This document shows positions 8,998-16,088 of a stretch of 21,711 bases of DNA, one piece after another. The notes beneath the pieces were generated by a model. It made no database searches. It was not told the DNA's origin and saw only the letters and a program-made list of their open reading frames with translations. Location: IMG/VR virus record IMGVR_UViG_3300008107_000170. One strand, 5' to 3'. The stretch's first letter is position 1. Every line of letters starts with the position of its first letter. This stretch comes from an uncultured virus (IMG/VR IMGVR_UViG_3300008107_000170). Its lineage: Duplodnaviria; Heunggongvirae; Uroviricota; Caudoviricetes. Position numbers and translations under genes: made by a program.

Positions 8998-9210
8998 ATG
9001 GCCCAGTTAAAATACATAGACCCAGAAGGCGACGGCGTTGCTTATCCTACGCCTTATCCAGCTGGCCTAGACAAAACTGTCTACAACGGCAGCAAGCCAT
9101 GTCCAGACTGTGGAGTGTATTTAAACCCAGTTCAGGCATTAAATTCCGACCTCTGCCAGAGTTGTTCACGACGTAAGGCAGCAAACCAAATCGCCAACAG
9201 GATGGCGTAA
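8998..9210 (+). CDS. Small zinc-finger hypothetical protein
   Basis: CPDC...CQSC; TAAAAT lies 6 nt upstream of the ATG. Confidence 0.75.
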   Translation: MAQLKYIDPEGDGVAYPTPYPAGLDKTVYNGSKPCPDCGVYLNPVQALNSDLCQSCSRRKAANQIANRMA

Positions 9211-9220
9211 GGAGAAAATC

Positions 9221-9427
9221 ATGGCAGTAAACCAGTCACGTTCAGAGAACCAGGGCCTACTAGAAGGCGCAACTGACGGCAAGTACCGCAAGGCACGCCC
9301 TAACACCCAGGTACAGCCTGGCGCAGGCGACCAGACCGTAAAGGCAAACCGTGCGGGTCTACACCCATACATGAACTACGGTTTTGTAAACAGCGAAGAC
9401 CCAAACAAGGTAAACCCAGGCAAGTAA
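9221..9427 (+). CDS. Hypothetical protein
   Basis: Strong SD TAAGGAG. Confidence 0.8.
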   Translation: MAVNQSRSENQGLLEGATDGKYRKARPNTQVQPGAGDQTVKANRAGLHPYMNYGFVNSEDPNKVNPGK

Positions 9428-9429
9428 TT

Positions 9430-9792
9430 GTGGAACCCAAGGAGCCCCAGCTAAACACCGATAGTGCGTCAGCACGACGGTCAGCTGACTCCATCGGGTT
9501 TGATTTTGCTAAACCAAGACGAGTAACTTTAGACGAATTAAGCCCCGACCCTGCTACAGGCAGGTATACGGCAACGAAGCCGGGTAACGTAAAAGAAGTC
9601 GATACTAAGGCTGAAATTGCTGAAATTAGAGCAGATAAAGCAAAAGACGCTGAGAAGTCTGCGGCGGCTAAACAATTCATCCAAGATAACGCGACTCAAA
9701 TAGCAGCAATGCAAGCCCCACCTAAACCAAAGAAAAAAATGAGTTTCTATATGGCAAAAAAAATTGCCGCACAAAGAGCAGCTCAGAAGTAA
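9430..9792 (+). CDS. Lys/Ala-rich hypothetical protein
   Basis: Fills the space between neighbours; GTG start. Confidence 0.7.
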   Translation: MEPKEPQLNTDSASARRSADSIGFDFAKPRRVTLDELSPDPATGRYTATKPGNVKEVDTKAEIAEIRADKAKDAEKSAAAKQFIQDNATQIAAMQAPPKPKKKMSFYMAKKIAAQRAAQK

Positions 9793-9836
9793 TAAACTTA
9801 ATAAGCATCGCGCAAACATAACCAAGGAAAGTAATC

Positions 9837-10538
9837 ATGGCAGTTAGAAAAACTTCAGCGACTAGGCGAGGAACCCCTAGCGAGTACGAGCGCCACCTAA
9901 TTGCCAAGGGTAACAAGAAAAAGCAAAATACTCTAGTTGCGTCCGAGGACCTCATTGAGAACGTGGACCCAAGCCGCCGTGGTCAGAGCCAGGAGGACAT
10001 TGAGTCATCGGCTAGGGCAGACTTTAGGGCTATGATGGCAAAAGAAGGCGACCCATTTGCGTCTAGAACACGACGAGTAGACTGGACACCTTACAAGCCA
10101 CAGGCTAGAGACATTGAAAAAGGCGTCGTCGAAGACCCTAAAGTATTTAAAGGCGATGACGCCCCACTACCTAGAGCCACATCACGACAGCTATCTGAAG
10201 CCGCAGCCGCCCAGAGGCGCCTAGATGTAGTCAAAAAGACTAGAGAAGGCGGCGGAAGAATTACAAAGAACACTACGTCTCAGGAAGAGAAAGACCGCTC
10301 AACTATTGGCGTTATATCCCAATACGGCGGCGGAAGTGGCCTAGACAGCCAGCGTTGTGCTACCCCGGGTTGTAACAACAACACCTCAGAGATTACTTGC
10401 ACAGACTGCACTGCTAAGGGAGACCCAGCGGGTAAGAATTACCGCGACGCCCCAGGTGAGCGTGCCGTTCAAAGAACCGCTGCAAAAGCCTCAAGAAATG
10501 CCGAGTTGCAGGAAGGATTAAGACAAGGCGCAGCCTAG
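9837..10538 (+). CDS. Charged low-complexity protein with C-terminal Cys cluster
   Basis: SD AAGGA; CATPGC...CTDC. Confidence 0.75.
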   Translation: MAVRKTSATRRGTPSEYERHLIAKGNKKKQNTLVASEDLIENVDPSRRGQSQEDIESSARADFRAMMAKEGDPFASRTRRVDWTPYKPQARDIEKGVVEDPKVFKGDDAPLPRATSRQLSEAAAAQRRLDVVKKTREGGGRITKNTTSQEEKDRSTIGVISQYGGGSGLDSQRCATPGCNNNTSEITCTDCTAKGDPAGKNYRDAPGERAVQRTAAKASRNAELQEGLRQGAA

Positions 10539-10600
10539 TTTTAATTTTTATTATTTGTAGTTATGTGATAGGCTGACGGTCTATCTGTTAGGAGCACAAT

Positions 10601-11113
10601 ATGAACAATCCACTTGCTGAACAAGAACCCCATTTTCGCCTATTAGTCTGCCGTACCTGCTCGACTATTGAGGAGCTGCCCGGTGCTGACGAAGACCCTG
10701 GCGACGTCCTTCTAACTATTGCGGCCGAGCGTCACAGCGACACCCACTATGGCGTGCTGTGGAACGTTCCAAAGGGTATCTGGATGGCTCCAGAGATGAA
10801 GAAGGCCGTAATCGAGCAAATCCACGACAGAGTAGGCTCGGGACTTAACTCGTTTGGAACCAAGTTCTACGAGACCAAGAGCCAGTTTGCTGAAGACGCT
10901 ATGAACTGCTTCAGAGACCACCAGCGCCCTAAGGGTCAGTGCCCAGACTACAAGTCTGAGAAGAAGTGGCTGTCACCTAAGACTGAGAAAGAGCGTAGAG
11001 ACGCTGGCCTGCCTACTATCGGCAGCGGCCCAAAGGTTTACCTTTGCGACTTCTGCCCTGTAAAGATGTTTAACCAAAAGAAGGCCTACGAGGCTGGCGG
11101 GCTGTATAACTAA
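10601..11113 (+). CDS. Cys/His-rich (multi-Zn) hypothetical protein
   Basis: CRTC...H...H, C-x3-H-x6-C, CDFC; SD AGGAG; TG-n-TAGGCT extended -10 near 10566-10574. Confidence 0.85.
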   Translation: MNNPLAEQEPHFRLLVCRTCSTIEELPGADEDPGDVLLTIAAERHSDTHYGVLWNVPKGIWMAPEMKKAVIEQIHDRVGSGLNSFGTKFYETKSQFAEDAMNCFRDHQRPKGQCPDYKSEKKWLSPKTEKERRDAGLPTIGSGPKVYLCDFCPVKMFNQKKAYEAGGLYN

Positions 11114-11379
11114 TGTCTAACTACAAGGCTGCCTTTCTAATGGTTCAAGAGCAGGACGGGTCTTGGACAGCGGTTAGCGATATCACTCAGCCGTTTGAGA
11201 CTGAGCGGCTGGCTAGCGTCCTAGACATCAAGCACGCCTGCCAGCAGGTCCTAGATGTCGTTACAGCGCAGGAGATTGCTGACTTGATTCTACGAGAAAT
11301 AAAGCAAGGTTATGTCGAGGATAGCCAGCGGATTAGTGCCAGTATGAGAGATGCTATTAATAGGCGAAAAGCCAAATAA
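11113..11379 (+). CDS. Hypothetical protein
   Basis: TAATG coupling. Confidence 0.8.
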   Translation: MSNYKAAFLMVQEQDGSWTAVSDITQPFETERLASVLDIKHACQQVLDVVTAQEIADLILREIKQGYVEDSQRISASMRDAINRRKAK

Positions 11380-11399
11380 TAGCGTTAGGATGCCCACAA

Positions 11400-11603
11400 A
11401 TGTTTGTTGAAATGTCTTGCCAATGCGGTGCTATATTGCAGCTAGATGGTGTCAATGACACCTTTACCTTGTTAATGGCAAACCGCTTTGCTAATTCCCA
11501 CACGGCTTGTGGATATGTTACACCAATTACAGACGACCCCGAGAAACCAGCACGACGTGAAGCGCCAAAACCAAAGGCGTTAAAAGAAGACGATGAGGAT
11601 TAA
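11400..11603 (+). CDS. Small Zn-binding hypothetical protein
   Basis: CQCG...H-x2-C; acidic tail. Confidence 0.75.
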   Translation: MFVEMSCQCGAILQLDGVNDTFTLLMANRFANSHTACGYVTPITDDPEKPARREAPKPKALKEDDED

Positions 11604-12494
11604 TTGCTACAAGAAACAGAGACCTCCTATTTTAGTGAGCCGTCATCCACGCTAGACCCGCGGCTGTTCCGCAACGGAAAACTAGATAGTTCAATTCGTT
11701 CTGCTATTTTGCAGTTGCTATTAAACCATTTAAACGCTAACTACACTGGCGCTGATGGTTGGATGACTGCCTGGCTAACCGGCTCCGGAGTCTCGTATCA
11801 GTGGGCCGCTAACAGAGAGCCGGGAGACTTGGACTGCCAAGTCGCTATTGATTTCACCCGCTTTCGCGCCTCAAATAATAAGTTCCGAGGCTTTAGTGAC
11901 AAAGAGATTGCCGATGAGATTAACGAGGGTTTTAGACAAGACCTGCACCCTATTAGCGAGTTGTTCCTAGACACCTTTGAACTAACCTTCTTTGCCATAC
12001 TTAACGCAAATATTATCGAGAGCAAGCCATACGCTGCCTACGCACTGTTAGATGACGAGTGGGTAGTAGCCCCATCACTACAGGGGCAACAGGCAATCCC
12101 AGAGTTTGACGCTTTTTCTAATAAAGACAGAGAAGCGGCAATTAATATTATGACTAAGTTCATAGCCGCTAGAAATAAATATGACCAAGCAACCAACGAT
12201 GCTGTAAAGGCTAATGCTCGCTCAGAAATGCGTATTGCTTCGTCGCAGGCCATCACGCTGTATGAAGACATACACGGCAACAGGGCTAATGCTTTCGGCC
12301 CAAATGGCAAGGGATATTCAGACTTTGCCAATTACCGCTGGCAATCAGGTAAAAAACTAGGCGTAGTCAATGCGCTTCGGGCTATAAAAAAAGAGATGGA
12401 AGCCCGTGACGCAGAAGCACAGCGCTCCACATACGGAGTGGACTTACCAGATGCCGCTACGCTGATTAGGCGAGCAGCAACCTACAACCAGTAG
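11604..12494 (+). CDS. Pol-beta-superfamily nucleotidyltransferase-like protein
   Basis: hG[S]...DhD signature: WLTGSGVSYQW...GDLDCQV; helical C-terminal domain. Confidence 0.75.
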   Translation: MLQETETSYFSEPSSTLDPRLFRNGKLDSSIRSAILQLLLNHLNANYTGADGWMTAWLTGSGVSYQWAANREPGDLDCQVAIDFTRFRASNNKFRGFSDKEIADEINEGFRQDLHPISELFLDTFELTFFAILNANIIESKPYAAYALLDDEWVVAPSLQGQQAIPEFDAFSNKDREAAINIMTKFIAARNKYDQATNDAVKANARSEMRIASSQAITLYEDIHGNRANAFGPNGKGYSDFANYRWQSGKKLGVVNALRAIKKEMEARDAEAQRSTYGVDLPDAATLIRRAATYNQ

Positions 12495-12510
12495 AAAGAA
12501 ATAAATAGTC

Positions 12511-12966
12511 GTGGCAATAGTTGTATTTTTAGACGGGGTAATGCGTTCAGAGACCAAAGTCCCAATCTTTGAGGGCATCTCGCTTTACAAATCCCTTGAT
12601 GTAAACGGTATCGTATCTATAGCGTGCGATGACGCAGAAGAAGCCGCTCGCTGGTGTAAAGAACACAAATTAGTATCGGTAGACAACTTTATATCTAACG
12701 CTACTGTAGGTGAGTATGAGGACAAGGATATCCTCAAGGTGCAGCACCAGCAGGCCCAGGGGCCAGTGCATCTGGTTATCACAGCCGACGTGGACTTGGC
12801 TAAACAATTATTAGAAAAGGGCGTTAAAACCCTATTATTCCTACACCCAATATACCTAAGTGCTAAGTTCCGCCCAGATGGTCGGGATGGCAAGAAGAAG
12901 TGGGATGAGCTCGTAGGTGAGTTAGACCGACAGGTAGACCTACTAATGGGAGATAAAAGGGTTTGA
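12511..12966 (+). CDS. HAD-fold (polynucleotide phosphatase-like) protein with degenerate motif I
   Basis: IVVFLDGVMR resembles hhhDxDGxL with the first Asp replaced by Phe; the rest fits a capless HAD alpha/beta pattern. Confidence 0.5.
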   Translation: MAIVVFLDGVMRSETKVPIFEGISLYKSLDVNGIVSIACDDAEEAARWCKEHKLVSVDNFISNATVGEYEDKDILKVQHQQAQGPVHLVITADVDLAKQLLEKGVKTLLFLHPIYLSAKFRPDGRDGKKKWDELVGELDRQVDLLMGDKRV

Positions 12967-14414
12967 AAATAATATATTTAGGTGCTGAGATACCTAGCAA
13001 CCGACAGATACTCGAGAAGGCGGCCGCATCCGCGGTGGGCGTAAGCGTCTGGGGATTAATTAAACGCGGCTTGCCAAAGACAAAACAGTATTTATTAAGC
13101 AACTATTTTGCTGAAAACACCGATATTTATGTCTATCCTGGAATCCCTGCCACCGCTACGCTGACCGAATCAGAGCTGGTTGAGTTCAGCGCTGACTATG
13201 AAACTTTTATTGCGGAGAACCTAGATAGGATTACCCTATTTACAGAGGTGTCGCACCCACTTTTGCCCGAGGGCTTCAAAGAAGAGCAGCGGCAGTCGTG
13301 CTGGGCAGAAGTCCAGGAGGAGAAGCTGGCGGTTGTATATGACGGCGGAGACCTAGAAAGCCTAGCAACTAGGTATTTAAATGTCCTAATTCCTGCCTCA
13401 GAATACGAAACAGACCCTAGTATGGCAGCAAAGATGAGACTGTATTCTGAGCGCCACGGGACACAGTTTCACACAGTAGGTATGGCAAAGCCCGATTTAA
13501 TGCGTAATTCGCCATTTAAAACCGCTGGCACGCTGGCTTGGCTGTCGCCTATGATGAGGGGCGAGACTATTGTGTGGCACGCCAACACCTTGACTCGCTA
13601 CCCGAAGCGTATGAAAGAACAAGCCCGCAGTAGATACAAGGCTGTATACGAACAGGCTGGCTTAGACTTTGATAAAATATTAGCCGATGACGCTGTAGAG
13701 GTATCTAGGTTAGCAATTTGGTCGTATCAACAGTTAGAGGCTTGGAATAATAAAATGGAGTTAGTTACTAATAGTGATGATTCACTACCCCCACAAAAAG
13801 CGGAAACACCTACTAATGATGTTACTAAGAGGGGGTCTGGTATGCGGAAACTTAATCCACGAAACCCAGACGAAATTACCACTTTGCCCGTCTTAAATAT
13901 AGATTTTAATAGGGTAATAGAGACCGATGACAAGGGCGTTGATGTCCTTAAAGAAGTGCCGGTCACGCGTTCTAATGGCACGAGCCTGCGTCAATGTAAC
14001 ACCTGTTTTGTCAAGGACACTTGCCCTGCTGCCAAGCCTGATAGCGTGTGCGCTTTTAACCTACCTGTGGAGTTAAAGACTAAGGAACAACTTAAGGCTC
14101 TAATCAACGCTTTCCTTGAAATACAAGGGCAGCGAGTGGCATTCGCCAAGTTTACAGAGGACTTAAATGGTGGTTATCCTGACCCGAATGTGGGTCAAGA
14201 AATCGACAGGTTCTTTAAAATGCTGGAACAAATTAACAAGTTAGACCAGTCAAAAGAGACCATTAGAATCACCGCTGAACGCTCTGGGAGTTCAGGAGTT
14301 CTCTCTGCTCTCTTTGGAGATAGGGCGCAAGTTCTTAACGAATTGCCCAATGGTGGGCTAAACGAACAGCAGACAAATAGCATTATTGAGCAGATTAATC
14401 CAGAGCAGAGTTAG
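12963..14414 (+). CDS. TGT/DpdA-like TIM-barrel protein (apparently degenerate) fused to a Cys-cluster/helical domain
   Basis: MKIIYLGAE..., FHTVGMAKPD...PFKTAGTLAWLS...GETIVW resembles the HxxG...SxDSxSW region of phage TGT-like proteins. C-terminal CNTC-x5-C-x8-C. The ORF is certain; the family call is tentative. Confidence 0.5.
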   Translation: MKIIYLGAEIPSNRQILEKAAASAVGVSVWGLIKRGLPKTKQYLLSNYFAENTDIYVYPGIPATATLTESELVEFSADYETFIAENLDRITLFTEVSHPLLPEGFKEEQRQSCWAEVQEEKLAVVYDGGDLESLATRYLNVLIPASEYETDPSMAAKMRLYSERHGTQFHTVGMAKPDLMRNSPFKTAGTLAWLSPMMRGETIVWHANTLTRYPKRMKEQARSRYKAVYEQAGLDFDKILADDAVEVSRLAIWSYQQLEAWNNKMELVTNSDDSLPPQKAETPTNDVTKRGSGMRKLNPRNPDEITTLPVLNIDFNRVIETDDKGVDVLKEVPVTRSNGTSLRQCNTCFVKDTCPAAKPDSVCAFNLPVELKTKEQLKALINAFLEIQGQRVAFAKFTEDLNGGYPDPNVGQEIDRFFKMLEQINKLDQSKETIRITAERSGSSGVLSALFGDRAQVLNELPNGGLNEQQTNSIIEQINPEQS

Positions 14415-14424
14415 TTACTAATAG
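13758..14424 (+). repeat. 17-nt exact direct repeat GAGTTAGTTACTAATAG (13758-13774 and 14408-14424)
   Basis: Both copies read directly; they lie in different reading frames. Confidence 0.85.
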
Positions 14425-14430
14425 CGCTCT

Positions 14431-14479
14431 TTTTTGAGTGAAATGGCTCTCTCTCAAAAAGTTCTCTCTCTCTCTCTCT
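14431..14479. terminator. Possible terminator between convergent blocks plus (TC)8 tract
   Basis: TTTTTGAG (14431-14438) and CTCAAAAA (14453-14460) are inverted arms; TC repeat at 14463-14479. Confidence 0.4.
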
Positions 14480-14492
14480 TTTCCTTCCGGCA

Positions 14493-14915
14493 CTAATGCG
14501 TAGGCCAGTAGTATTCCAGATTGTCTGGCACTCCACTAAATAATTGCCCATAGAAAATAGGGTCTTTGCGAATTAAGTTGCTCTGGTGCGAGATATGTAG
14601 CGCCTGCTCTCCCCACCAGCTCGGCAGTTCTCTCGTCTGGTTCTCTAAGTTCTCCTGTATCTCTCGCAGGCGAGGCAGGGTTGTATCTCTGTATCCTCTC
14701 GCTATCCACTCCTCGCACATCGCTATGCCGTAGTCGGCTAGGACTATCTCACTCCCTCGCCACATCTTGACCGCAGGGTGGTTCTGCCAGCCGTGGCTTA
14801 TGCCTGTGAGGGTGTTGAGTATCTGTAATGTTTCTATCCGCTGCTTACCAAGCCTGCGATAGTCCAGCACTTGTGCTGTTTTTGCTAGGTTGGGATAGGG
14901 CAAGAAAGTCTGAAT
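14493..14915 (-). CDS. Pyrimidine dimer DNA glycosylase (DenV/MSMEG_6728 family), ATT start
   Basis: (M)QTFLPY...LDYRRLGKQRIETLQIL...GWQNHPAVKMWRG...HISHQSNLIRKDP...YYWP. ATT sits at the conserved Met position with SD AGAGG 8 nt upstream. Confidence 0.9.
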   Translation of the reverse strand: MQTFLPYPNLAKTAQVLDYRRLGKQRIETLQILNTLTGISHGWQNHPAVKMWRGSEIVLADYGIAMCEEWIARGYRDTTLPRLREIQENLENQTRELPSWWGEQALHISHQSNLIRKDPIFYGQLFSGVPDNLEYYWPTH

Positions 14916-14937
14916 GATAAATGCCTCTCTGCTATGA

Positions 14938-14985
14938 CCACTACATCTTGTGGTTAGCCTTAGCCTATACCACTACATCTAGTAG
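14938..14985. promoter_or_regulatory. Tandem NrdR boxes
   Basis: CCACTACATCTTGTGG (14938-14953) and CCACTACATCTAGTAG (14970-14985), 32 bp apart; both fit the NrdR consensus acaCwAtATaTwGtg. Confidence 0.75.
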
Positions 14986-14989
14986 TCAA
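14962..14989 (-). promoter_or_regulatory. Sigma-A/HrdB-type promoter of the glycosylase gene
   Basis: TTGACT-16 nt-TAGGCT on the minus strand; CGACACGCCG lies immediately upstream (14994-15003). Confidence 0.7.
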
Positions 14990-15009
14990 ACCTCGGCGTG
15001 TCGCAACCC

Positions 15010-15278
15010 GCGTGAATGTCGGTGGGTGGTTCGCAGGTGGCTCTGGGTTCTCTTGGCTAATACCTAATTCGGTATTTAATAACTCCGCCTTCGGTAGTTT
15101 CATAGCGCTAGGCTATTCCTGCCGCAGCAAGCATTTAAATACCTAATTACCTATTAATGCTCTCAAAGTTTAGGTGTATGCTTACCCTGCCGCAGCAAGA
15201 AAAATCACGCGTGATGTTCCACGCCCTCGTTTCAGGTGGCTATTAGTTTTCTTGGCTAATACCTAATTACCTATTTAA
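15010..15278. repeat. Interspersed direct repeats in a non-coding island
   Basis: TCTTGGCTAATACCTAATT at 15051 and 15250; AATACCTAATTACCTATT at 15138 and 15258; CCTGCCGCAGCAAG at 15118 and 15186; palindrome ATCACGCGTGAT at 15204-15215. Confidence 0.85.
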
Positions 15279-15282
15279 ATCG

Positions 15283-15309
15283 TTAGCACTCTTGCTCTAC
15301 GAGTGCCAG
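15283..15309. promoter_or_regulatory. CIRCE element (HrcA operator)
   Basis: TTAGCACTC-N9-GAGTGCCAG against the consensus TTAGCACTC-N9-GAGTGCTAA: 16/18 match with the exact spacer. Confidence 0.8.
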
Positions 15310-15350
15310 CCGGTGCTTACGCTTTGATGTATGACAGGGTAGCAGGTAGC

Positions 15351-15378
15351 AAAAAAGGCGGTCATTTCTGACCGCCTT
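15351..15378 (-). terminator. Rho-independent terminator of the minus-strand AAA/vWA operon
   Basis: AAGGCGGTCA-TTTC-TGACCGCCTT 10-bp stem; the A-run on + is a U tract on -. Confidence 0.88.
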
Positions 15379-15400
15379 AATGCTTTTTTGGTATTTAGTT

Positions 15401-15601
15401 CTAATTCATTTCCTCAACTACTGAGATAATCTCGTCAGAACCGCCGTTCGTTTTCTTGTAAAAGTCAGGCAGTTCCTCGGGGTCAATCATTCCCTCTTGG
15501 AGTTGCTCAATTAGTTCCTCAGCCTGCTCTTTGCTGTCGGCGCTAAAATAATACCAGCCGTATTCCTCGTTGCTAAATCCAACTCTAAACTGTTCGCTCA
15601 T
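15401..15601 (-). CDS. Small acidic protein (DpnD/PcfM-like pattern)
   Basis: F-x-V...A-x-S-x-EQA; ATGA overlap with the upstream gene. Confidence 0.75.
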   Translation of the reverse strand: MSEQFRVGFSNEEYGWYYFSADSKEQAEELIEQLQEGMIDPEELPDFYKKTNGGSDEIISVVEEMN

Positions 15602-15873
15602 TCTTTCACCCCCTCGTAGTTCTCGGTTATCCAGCCTGTCAAGGTTTCTGATAGAAACATAGCCTCGTCAGAGTTGTCGTAGCACTCTGCGACCTTTGCC
15701 ATTAGTTCCTGCGAGGGCGTGATTGCCTCGTAGTCGTCAGCGTATTCGTCTAGGTCAGGGTAAAACTCCAAGTCCTCTGCCGTAAAGAACGAGCCAATAA
15801 CAATCTCGTCAGGGTTCAGGTCTTTCAGTATCTTTATCCAATCTGATACTGTCTGCGGTTTGTAGTTATCCAT
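15598..15873 (-). CDS. Small acidic hypothetical protein
   Basis: TV-x-DWI-x2-L-x3-NPDE N-terminus; SD GAGGA. Confidence 0.8.
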   Translation of the reverse strand: MDNYKPQTVSDWIKILKDLNPDEIVIGSFFTAEDLEFYPDLDEYADDYEAITPSQELMAKVAECYDNSDEAMFLSETLTGWITENYEGVKE

Positions 15874-16086
15874 TTAGTTATCCTCGGTTTCCTCGTCAGA
15901 GTAGTCGGTCTGGTCATTTACCCAATCCGCTACGCTTTTGTATCGGTGTAGTGCTAGGTCAAGCATTGGTGAATGTTCGCCACTATACAAAGTGAGCAAG
16001 CACCAATCGCAACACTCGCTAACAGGGGTGCTTGTGGTAGCACCACAGTCTTTACAGCAGTAATCCTCTGCTAGTTTCTTGCCCAT
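15874..16086 (-). CDS. Small Cys-rich acidic protein
   Basis: CKDC...CDWC; SD GAGGT. Confidence 0.75.
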   Translation of the reverse strand: MGKKLAEDYCCKDCGATTSTPVSECCDWCLLTLYSGEHSPMLDLALHRYKSVADWVNDQTDYSDEETEDN

Positions 16087-16088
16087 TT

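Noticed and set aside
809..14383. Minus-strand ORFs within the plus-strand block
   Set aside because: They are antisense shadows of recognisable genes, with no motifs or supporting start signals.
14433..14457. HAIR (HspR) operator
   Set aside because: TTGAGT is present, but the second arm is not at the N7 spacing required by CTTGAGT-N7-ACTCAAG.
14949..14967. IdeR/DtxR iron box between the NrdR boxes
   Set aside because: The match is partial and largely explained by the TAGGCT -10 element and the NrdR box flank, so it is too weak to call.
15204..15229. parS or CRP site
   Set aside because: Only a parS-like half (TGTTCCACG) is present, and the GTGA...CAC spacing does not fit CRP.
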